DNA of 64,000 bases, from assembly GCA_963847675.1 (NCBI GenBank), contig CAWKAP010000005.1:292611-356610 (forward strand). Reading direction: 5' to 3'. The DNA comes from an uncultured beta proteobacterium (lineage in GTDB: Bacteria; Pseudomonadota; Gammaproteobacteria; Burkholderiales; Burkholderiaceae_F). Shown one piece after another: positions 55,984 to 64,000 of the stretch. A program made the translations under genes and the position numbers. A model generated the notes under the pieces. It searched no databases. It was not told where the DNA came from and worked only from the letters and a program-made list of their open reading frames with translations. Within the stretch, counting starts at the first letter, position 1. Each line of letters opens with the position of its first letter.

Positions 55984-57855
55984 TTATCTCACCGACGGTT
56001 CGGCGCTCTGACCGCCGCGCCGCACGATGCGCGGTTGCGTGGCGGGCGCGACAGGCGCCTGCGCCGAACTCTGCGTGAGGTACTGCGCAAGCGCCTCGAT
56101 GTCGAGCGGGCCACCGGTGTGATCGGTGCCGTCGAGGAAGTGGCGGAAGCGGTCGCCGCCGGCGGCGAGATAGCTGTTGACGGTGATCCGATAGCGGGCA
56201 TCGCGCCGCCACGGCTTGCCGTCGATCTTGATCGATTCCTCGATCACGCGCGCGCCGGCGGGCGCATCGTCACGCCACGCGTAGGTCAGGCTCGCGGAAG
56301 GCTGCAGGAAGTGCGCTCGCCCCGACGTGCCGCGCCACTGCGACTCGAGCAGCGCCTTGAGTTGCGCGCCGGTCATGGTCATCGTGACCAGCGCATTGCC
56401 GAAAGGCTGCATGGTGAAGACGTCACCATAGGTGACCGTGCCGTCGGGTGCGCGCGGCCGCAGGTGGCTGCGGATGCCGCCCGTGTTGGTGAACGCGATC
56501 TGCGCGCCGTTGCCGCGCGTGGCGGCCAGCTGAGCGTCGGCGATCAGGCGGCCGGCGGGCGAGTCGCCTTGCTCCGCCGGCAGTCTTTCGAAGGCGGCGG
56601 CGATCCGTCCGACCGGCCGATCTGCCAGCGGCGCGACGCGGCTTCGGTAGTGATCGACGATGGCGGCGATCTGCGCATCGGCCGGGAAGGGCGGGTAGAG
56701 CACATCGAGCGCCTCGTCGGTGCCTCGTCCATTGGCCACCGGCACGTTGCGGGCCCGCGTCTCTTCGCGCACGACCACGCCGCTGGTGCGGTCGATGGCG
56801 AGGTCGATCACCGACAGCAGGCGGCCGAACGACGCGCCCTGGATCACCACCCGGCCGTCGATGCGGCAGTTGTAGCTGCGGTGCGTGTGCGCGCTGAGCA
56901 CGACGTCGATGGCGGGATCGAGCGCGCGGACGATGTCGAAGATCGGTCCGCGCGGGTTGAGGCAGCCGTCGAATCCGCCGTCGGCGTCGCCGCCTTCGTG
57001 GACCACCGCCACGATGGCATTCACCCCCTCGGCGCGCAGTCGTCGCGCGTGAAGGTTGAGCGCCGCGGCCTCGGAGGTGAACCTCCAGCCGCGGATGCCG
57101 GCGGGCATGACGATGCCCGGCGTGGTGCGCGTGACTGCGCCGATGAAGCCGACGCGCACGCCGCCGATCTGGCGAACCACGAACGGCGCCAGCAACGGCA
57201 CGCCGGTGGCGGCGTCCTCGACGTTGGCGGCGACGAACGGAAAGCCTGCGCCGTCGTAGGCGCGCGCCTTGCCGGCGCAGGTCGCGGCGACGCCGCGCGG
57301 CTCGGTGGCGCAGCCCCCGGCGATCAGTCGCCGCAGTTCGGCCACGCCGTGATCGAACTCGTGATTGCCCACCGCGTTGAGACTCAGGCCGAGCGCATTC
57401 ATCACCTCGATCGTCGGTTCGTCGCGAAACAGCGCGCTCACCAGTGGCGAGGCGCCGACCAGGTCACCGGAGGAGATCAACATGCTGGCCGACTGCTCGG
57501 CCTGCAGTCGACGCACGGCGGTGGCCAGGTGGGCCACGCCGCCGGCCGGCAACGCGATCTGCTTTGCCGGATCGTGCGGATCGGGCACTGCAATGGCGTT
57601 GTCGCCGGGCTCGAGATGTCCGTGCAGGTCGTTGAAGGCAATCAGCCGAACCGCGACCGTTTCGCTGGCGTGCAACGGCCAGGCCAGCGCCAGTGCGACG
57701 ACGTAGAGCAGCAGTCGGCGCAGGCCGGGCCACGTCGCGGCAGGCAAGGTCGATATCGAAGGCACGTGCGGCAGTCCCCGGGACGGATGTTCACGAACGG
57801 TCCGCATTATCCGCACTGCGCGTTTGTAGAATGCACCGCTATGAGCGCGAACCAT
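55984..57855 (-). CDS. secreted bifunctional metallophosphatase/5'-nucleotidase (UshA-like)
   Basis: Signal peptide LLLYVVALALAWPLHA/SE, metallophosphatase motifs FNDLHGH, GDLVGASP and GNHEFD, and a C-terminal 5'-nucleotidase domain. The start may instead be ATG 57807. Confidence 0.88.
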   Translation of the reverse strand: MVRAHSGAFYKRAVRIMRTVREHPSRGLPHVPSISTLPAATWPGLRRLLLYVVALALAWPLHASETVAVRLIAFNDLHGHLEPGDNAIAVPDPHDPAKQIALPAGGVAHLATAVRRLQAEQSASMLISSGDLVGASPLVSALFRDEPTIEVMNALGLSLNAVGNHEFDHGVAELRRLIAGGCATEPRGVAATCAGKARAYDGAGFPFVAANVEDAATGVPLLAPFVVRQIGGVRVGFIGAVTRTTPGIVMPAGIRGWRFTSEAAALNLHARRLRAEGVNAIVAVVHEGGDADGGFDGCLNPRGPIFDIVRALDPAIDVVLSAHTHRSYNCRIDGRVVIQGASFGRLLSVIDLAIDRTSGVVVREETRARNVPVANGRGTDEALDVLYPPFPADAQIAAIVDHYRSRVAPLADRPVGRIAAAFERLPAEQGDSPAGRLIADAQLAATRGNGAQIAFTNTGGIRSHLRPRAPDGTVTYGDVFTMQPFGNALVTMTMTGAQLKALLESQWRGTSGRAHFLQPSASLTYAWRDDAPAGARVIEESIKIDGKPWRRDARYRITVNSYLAAGGDRFRHFLDGTDHTGGPLDIEALAQYLTQSSAQAPVAPATQPRIVRRGGQSAEPSVR

Positions 57856-57896
57856 TGCCGAGGCGATGCCGTCGGGCGCAGCCGGAAGCCTGCTCG

Positions 57897-59156
57897 ATGA
57901 GCACCGCGTCGGTCGACGTCGCGAGAAGGCACGATGCCGAGGTGATCAGCCTGGTCGGGCTGGCGCACGGCACGTCGCACTTCTTCCACCTGATGCTGCC
58001 GCCGCTGTTTCCATGGCTGATGGCGGATTTCTCGCTTTCGTACACCCAGGCCGGGTTCCTGATGACCGTGTTCTTCGTCGTCAGCGGCATCGGCCAGGCG
58101 CTGGCCGGATTCGTCGTCGACCGCATCGGGGCCCGACCGGTGCTGATGTTCGGCATCGGCACGCTCGGCCTTTCCGGTCTGGTGCTCGCTGCTGCCGCCA
58201 CCTACCCGGGCCTGCTTGTCGCGGCCGCGGTGGCGGGGCTCGGCAACTCGATATTTCATCCCGCCGACTTCACGCTGCTGAACCGCCGCGTTTCCAGCGC
58301 CCGCCTCGGTCACGCGTTCTCGGTTCACGGGCTGACCGGCAACCTCGGCTGGGCTGCAGGCTCGGTCGTGATGGCGGGCATCGCGGCGGCGAGTTCGTGG
58401 CGCACCGCTGCGCTGGTCGCAGCGATGCTGGGCTTCGCCGTGCTTGCGCTGCTGCTCTTGCGTCGTCATGTGCTCGCCGATGTGGCCGAAGCGGCCATTG
58501 CCGCGCCCGAAGCGGCGGTCGCGAGACCGGCGACCGGCTCGCTGGCGTTCCTCGGCAGCAGCGCGGTGTGGCTCTGCTTCGCGTTCTTCCTGATCACTAC
58601 CGGGGCGTTCGGCGTGTTGCAGAACTACGCGCCTGCGATCCTGCACAACGTGTACGCACTGGCGCTTCCGGTGGCCAGCCTGGGGTTGACGGCGTATCTG
58701 CTGGGCAGCGCGCTGGGCATGGTGGCCGGCGGCTTCGTCGGTGGGCGCTTCGAGGACAGCGACTTCGTCATCGCACCGGCGCTCGCGGTGTCGGCAGCAA
58801 CCTCGCTGCTGCTGGCCTCCGGATCGTCGCCGACGTTCGCCATCCTGCCGCTGATGGCGCTGATCGGGTTCGGCGTCGGCGTGGCCGGCCCGAGCCGCGA
58901 CCTGCTGGTACGGCGCGCTGCGACGGCGCAGTTCGGCGCAACCGCTTACGGGCGCGTGTACGGGTTCGTGTACTCGGGACTCGACATCGGGCTGGCGCTG
59001 GCGCCGCTGGTCTTCGGGCCGATGCTCGACGCCGGCCGCTACGGCGCGCCGCTCGTCGGTGTGGCGAGCCTTCAGGTGGCGGCACTGCTGCTCGCAGTGG
59101 CGGTCGGCGCGGGCACACGGCGCCTGCGTGCAACGCGTTCAGGAGCACGGGCATGA
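57897..59156 (+). CDS. MFS transporter
   Basis: 419 aa with about 12 hydrophobic segments and an MFS loop motif GFVVDRIGARP. It is divergent from the nucleotidase gene. Confidence 0.85.
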   Translation: MSTASVDVARRHDAEVISLVGLAHGTSHFFHLMLPPLFPWLMADFSLSYTQAGFLMTVFFVVSGIGQALAGFVVDRIGARPVLMFGIGTLGLSGLVLAAAATYPGLLVAAAVAGLGNSIFHPADFTLLNRRVSSARLGHAFSVHGLTGNLGWAAGSVVMAGIAAASSWRTAALVAAMLGFAVLALLLLRRHVLADVAEAAIAAPEAAVARPATGSLAFLGSSAVWLCFAFFLITTGAFGVLQNYAPAILHNVYALALPVASLGLTAYLLGSALGMVAGGFVGGRFEDSDFVIAPALAVSAATSLLLASGSSPTFAILPLMALIGFGVGVAGPSRDLLVRRAATAQFGATAYGRVYGFVYSGLDIGLALAPLVFGPMLDAGRYGAPLVGVASLQVAALLLAVAVGAGTRRLRATRSGARA

Positions 59157-59656
59157 GCGACTTTCCTCCCACCCCCGATCTGTGCGACGCCAACGAGGCG
59201 CTTTTCGACAGCGGCGACCTGCAGGTCGTCGCGCCGGGTTGGCTGTCCTTCGGTGCGCGCGAGCGCTTCTGCGGCACGGCGCGAACGATCAAGCTCTTCG
59301 AGGACAACTCGCTCCTTGCTCAGGCGGTCAAGGAAGCCGGCGAAGGGCAGGTCCTGGTGGTCGATGCCGGCGGCAGCACGCGCTGCGCCGTCCTCGGCGG
59401 AAACCTCGCGCGCAATGCGGCTGACAACGGCTGGGCGGGTGTCGTCGTATTCGGCGCCGTGCGCGACGTCGATGAGATCGACGCGTGCGCTATCGGCGTG
59501 CGCGCGCGTGCCGTCTCGCCGCGCCGCTCGATCAAACGGGGCGAAGGGCAGCGCGATCTGGTCGTCTTTGTCGGTGGCGCCCGGATCAGCCGCGGCGACT
59601 GGGTCTATGCCGACCGCGACGGCGTGCTCGTCTGCACGCGCCGGCTTCACGCCTGA
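59153..59656 (+). CDS. rraA: RraA-family protein (RNase E regulator / 4-hydroxy-4-methyl-2-oxoglutarate aldolase-oxaloacetate decarboxylase fold)
   Basis: PTPDLCDANEALF...FGARERFCGTARTIKLFEDNSLL...GQVLVVDAGGSTRCAVLGGNLA...GWAGVVVFGAVRDVDEI. The ATG overlaps the MFS stop (ATGA). Confidence 0.85.
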   Translation: MSDFPPTPDLCDANEALFDSGDLQVVAPGWLSFGARERFCGTARTIKLFEDNSLLAQAVKEAGEGQVLVVDAGGSTRCAVLGGNLARNAADNGWAGVVVFGAVRDVDEIDACAIGVRARAVSPRRSIKRGEGQRDLVVFVGGARISRGDWVYADRDGVLVCTRRLHA

Positions 59657-59830
59657 TTGGGGCTGCATCCGCGGCCCAGATCTCGGGGCGGCGGGTTGCG
59701 GGTTGGCTCGCTGGCCACGATCGGTGCGCAGCAGATTTCACGGATCACCCGCTCGTTTCTCATCGCGGAAGACGCCTGCTGTCTTGCAGCAAGGCGCGTT
59801 TCATGACGCTCATTGCTGTTGCGTATCGCG

Positions 59831-59897
59831 GAAAGAAATCTTTAAGTAATTGAAAAAACATTATAAATAAATGTATCTTATATAAGATATTTGACTT
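59831..59897 (+). promoter_or_regulatory. AT-rich island upstream of aceA with a perfect 14-bp palindrome next to a TTGACT -35-like hexamer
   Basis: About 67 nt of AT-rich sequence stand out in a GC-rich genome. ATCTTATATAAGAT at 59875-59888 is its own reverse complement, and TTGACT follows at 59891-59896. I could not place a convincing -10 element. Confidence 0.4.
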
Positions 59898-59995
59898 GCC
59901 GCGGTGCGCTTCGGGCCGTAGTCTTTGCATCAATGCCGAGCCGGTGCGACGCCGGCCGCAGCCCTGAAACAAACCTGTTCGGAGGATCCGAGGAC

Positions 59996-61312
<1,317 letters not shown>

Positions 61313-61496
61313 TGCAGGCGGCCGGACGTCGCCCGCGCTGCGCTGCAGCTTGAGGGATTGCGGCGCGCTTCGTATGCTCGCCCGCCGACCGGGTCAACGA
61401 ACTGCGGCGCGCGAGCGTGCAAAGAGGCAAAAGGGGTGAGACAGCAGGAGACGACGCTGCGGCGACAAAGCAGATAAGAAGAGCAAGAAGTCCATC

Positions 61497-61523
61497 GAGC
61501 CGCCACCGTGCGGCTCTTTTTTT
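61497..61523 (+). terminator. rho-independent terminator about 185 nt downstream of the aceA stop
   Basis: gagccgc-caccgt-gcggctc forms a 7-bp stem followed by ttttttt. Confidence 0.75.
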
Positions 61524-61694
61524 GCGCGCTGCGCGCCCGTGGGGAACCGACGGCAACTACTGACGATGCGCAGTGCCCGGCGCGCGGGCCGAATGCGAAC
61601 GGCGTCGGCAACGATCCGATCGCGAAGCCGCTCTTGCCGAGGCCAATATACTCAGGCCACGCGAAAAAAAGTCCACCACGGAGAGGGAGAGAAG

Positions 61695-62378
61695 ATGTCG
61701 ATCCGCGCGGTCCTGTTCGACGTTTTTGGCACGTTGCTCGACGTGCACTCCGTCGGCGTGCGCGCCGAGCAGCTGTTCCCCGGCCACGGCCAGCGCCTGT
61801 CGCAGCTGTGGCGGCATAAGCAGCTCGAGTACACGTGGCTGCGGACGATGTCGTCGCGTTACGTGCCGTTCACGCAGGTCACCGAGGACGCGCTGCAGTT
61901 CGCCTGCGAGACGCTCGCGCTGCCGCTCGATGCCGCTGCGCGGGGCATGCTGATGCACGAGTACACGCAGCTGTCGCCATATTCCGACGTGGTCCCGGCC
62001 CTGCAGCGCCTGCAGCAGACCGGCATGACCATCGGCGTGCTGAGCAACGGCGATCCGGGCCTGATCGAGGACGTGCTGCACGGCGCGCAGATCGCGGAAT
62101 ACTTCGACGTGCTGCTTTCGGCGGACCAGGTGCACGCGTACAAGACCGCGCCTTCGGTCTACGAACTGGGCCCGCTGACGCTCAAGCATCCGGAGCACGA
62201 ACTGCTCCTGGTGTCGAGCAACTGCTGGGACGCGATCGGCGCCAAGTGGTATGGCTACGTCAGCTTCTGGGTCAACCGCGGCGGCGGCCCGATGGACCGG
62301 CTCGGCGCGCGACCGGACGGCAGCGGCGTTTCACTGGACGACGCCGTGACCTTTTCTCTGCAACAACGCAAGCATTAG
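61695..62378 (+). CDS. haloacid dehalogenase type II (HAD superfamily)
   Basis: Motif I VLFDVFGTLLDV, then RHKQLEYTWLR, VLSNGDP, AYKTAPSVYEL and LVSSNCWDAIGAKWYG. 227 aa. Confidence 0.85.
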   Translation: MSIRAVLFDVFGTLLDVHSVGVRAEQLFPGHGQRLSQLWRHKQLEYTWLRTMSSRYVPFTQVTEDALQFACETLALPLDAAARGMLMHEYTQLSPYSDVVPALQRLQQTGMTIGVLSNGDPGLIEDVLHGAQIAEYFDVLLSADQVHAYKTAPSVYELGPLTLKHPEHELLLVSSNCWDAIGAKWYGYVSFWVNRGGGPMDRLGARPDGSGVSLDDAVTFSLQQRKH

Positions 62379-62387
62379 GAGCTAGCC

Positions 62388-63971
62388 ATGAATCTGCCCC
62401 AAGGTGTGGAGATCCGGGCGCCGCTCAAGCCCGGATTCGATGCGATCCTGACCCCGGAGGCCCTGGCCCTGGTCGCGAAACTGCACCGCAGCTTCAATCC
62501 GCGCCGCAAGGAACTGCTGGCGAACCGCGTCGAGCGCACCAGGCGGCTCGACGCCGGTGAGCGGCCCGATTTCCTCGCCGCGACGAAGCAGGTGCGCGAA
62601 GGCGGCTGGAAGATCGCGCCGGTGCCGAAGGATCTTCTGTGCCGCCGTGTGGAGATCACCGGCCCGGTCGAGCGCAAGATGATCATCAATGCGCTGAACT
62701 CCGGCGCCGACGCCTACATGACCGACTTCGAGGACAGCAACACGCCGAACTGGGACAACCAGATCACCGGTCACATCAACCTCATCGACGCGGTTCGCCG
62801 CCGCATCACGCTCGAGCAGGGCGGCAAGACTTATCGGCTGAACGACAGGATCGCTACGCTGGTGGTGCGGCCGCGCGGCTGGCACCTGGACGAGAAGCAC
62901 GTGTTCGTCGACGGCGAGCGGGTGTCGGGCGGCATCTTCGACTTCGCCCTCTACATGTTCCACAACGCGAAGGAACTGGTCGCGCGCGGCTCCGGCCCGT
63001 ACTTCTACTTGCCGAAGATGGAGTCTCATCTCGAGGCGCGTCTGTGGAACGACATCTTCGTCGCGACGCAGAAGGAAATCGGCATTGCGCAGGGCACGAT
63101 CAAGGCCACCGTGCTGATCGAAACGATCCTCGCTGCCTTCGAGATGGACGAGATCCTGTACGAGCTGCGCGACCACTCGGCGGGCCTGAACGCCGGCCGC
63201 TGGGACTACATCTTCTCGTGCATCAAGAAGTTCAAGGTCGATCGCGACTTCTGCCTCGCCAACCGGGCACTGGTGACGATGACCGCGCCCTTCATGCGCG
63301 CCTACGCGCTGCTGCTGCTGAAGACCTGCCACAAGCGCGGGGCGCCGGCGATCGGCGGCATGAGCGCGCTGATCCCGATCAAGAACGACCCGGTCGCCAA
63401 CGAGAAGGCGCTGGAAGGCGTGCGCACCGACAAGGCGCGTGACGCCACCGACGGCTACGACGGCGGCTGGGTGGCGCACCCGGGGCTGGTCGAACTGGCG
63501 ATGACCGAGTTCGTCAAGGTGCTCGGTGACCAGCCGAACCAGATCTGGAAGCAGCGCGAGGACGTCAACGTCACCGCCGCCGACCTGCTGAACTTCAGGC
63601 CGGAGTCGCCGATCACCGAAGCCGGGCTGCGGATGAACATCAACGTCGGCATTCACTACCTCGGTTCCTGGCTCGCCGGCAACGGCTGCGTGCCGATCCA
63701 CAACCTGATGGAAGACGCGGCCACCGCCGAAATCAGCCGCTCCCAGGTATGGCAGTGGATCCGTTCGCCGAAGGGCGTGCTCGACGATGGCCGCAAGGTC
63801 ACGGCCGCGATGGTCCGCGTGCTGATTCCGGAGGAACTGGCCAAGGTCAAGGCCGACGTGGGCGGAGACACGAGCACCTATGACCGCGCCGCGCGGATCT
63901 TCGAGCAGATGAGCACGCAGGAAGAATTCGCCGAGTTCCTCACGCTGCCGCTCTACGAAGAGATCGAGTAG
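62388..63971 (+). CDS. aceB: malate synthase A
   Basis: YMTDFEDSNTPNWDNQI, VRPRGWHLDEKH, YFYLPKMESHLEARLWNDIF, AGLNAGRWDYIFS and GMSALIPIK. 527 aa. Confidence 0.97.
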   Translation: MNLPQGVEIRAPLKPGFDAILTPEALALVAKLHRSFNPRRKELLANRVERTRRLDAGERPDFLAATKQVREGGWKIAPVPKDLLCRRVEITGPVERKMIINALNSGADAYMTDFEDSNTPNWDNQITGHINLIDAVRRRITLEQGGKTYRLNDRIATLVVRPRGWHLDEKHVFVDGERVSGGIFDFALYMFHNAKELVARGSGPYFYLPKMESHLEARLWNDIFVATQKEIGIAQGTIKATVLIETILAAFEMDEILYELRDHSAGLNAGRWDYIFSCIKKFKVDRDFCLANRALVTMTAPFMRAYALLLLKTCHKRGAPAIGGMSALIPIKNDPVANEKALEGVRTDKARDATDGYDGGWVAHPGLVELAMTEFVKVLGDQPNQIWKQREDVNVTAADLLNFRPESPITEAGLRMNINVGIHYLGSWLAGNGCVPIHNLMEDAATAEISRSQVWQWIRSPKGVLDDGRKVTAAMVRVLIPEELAKVKADVGGDTSTYDRAARIFEQMSTQEEFAEFLTLPLYEEIE

Positions 63972-64000
63972 CGCGGCTGTAGGCCCTGACAGGCGGCTTG

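Overview
This is a strongly GC-rich (not computed) 64-kb stretch of proteobacterial core chromosome, and its gene order looks beta-proteobacterial (inference). It is almost wall-to-wall conserved housekeeping genes. In order: thrS(partial)-infC-rpmI-rplT-pheS-pheT-ihfA-merR-like-tRNA-Pro; surE-pcm-nlpD; a PolB-exo-like exonuclease; rlmD (frameshifted); ndk; rlmN-pilW-rodZ-ispG-hisS-yfgM-bamB-der-hfq-hflX-hflK-hflC-yjeT-like-hisZ-purA; tRNA-Leu; rnr-rlmB-sirtuin; rpsF-priB-rpsR-rplI-dnaB; DUF47/DUF456-like pair; Mth938-like-bcp-phoH2 (minus strand); aminotransferase-hom-thrC-mobB-moeA-moaD-[repeat]-moaE; an SGNH lipase; tamB/tamA (minus strand, damaged); clpB; a conserved hypothetical; a 5'-nucleotidase; MFS-rraA; aceA-HAD-aceB. 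I found no transposase, integrase, phage gene, CRISPR array, recognisable defence system or biosynthetic cluster, so I cannot support a claim of a new multi-gene system here. Four things deserve a second look. (1) A contiguous ~3.9-kb block (about 46455-50370) covers all of tamB and the last ~135 nt of tamA. In it the recognisable protein sequence changes frame about 24 times, and the last 15 changes all go in the same (one-extra-base) direction. The roughly 55 other genes carry only one such lesion, in rlmD. (2) Three tandem copies of a highly structured 82-bp unit sit exactly between moaD and moaE. Each copy is a 26-codon ORF, and every stop-to-start junction from moaD to moaE is spaced by exactly 1 nt. 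(3) An AT-rich island with a perfect 14-bp palindrome lies upstream of aceA. (4) infC has a non-AUG (AUC) start. Many very long antisense ORFs in the six-frame track are GC-driven shadows and were rejected. All family assignments come from motif and synteny recognition by eye, without any database search.
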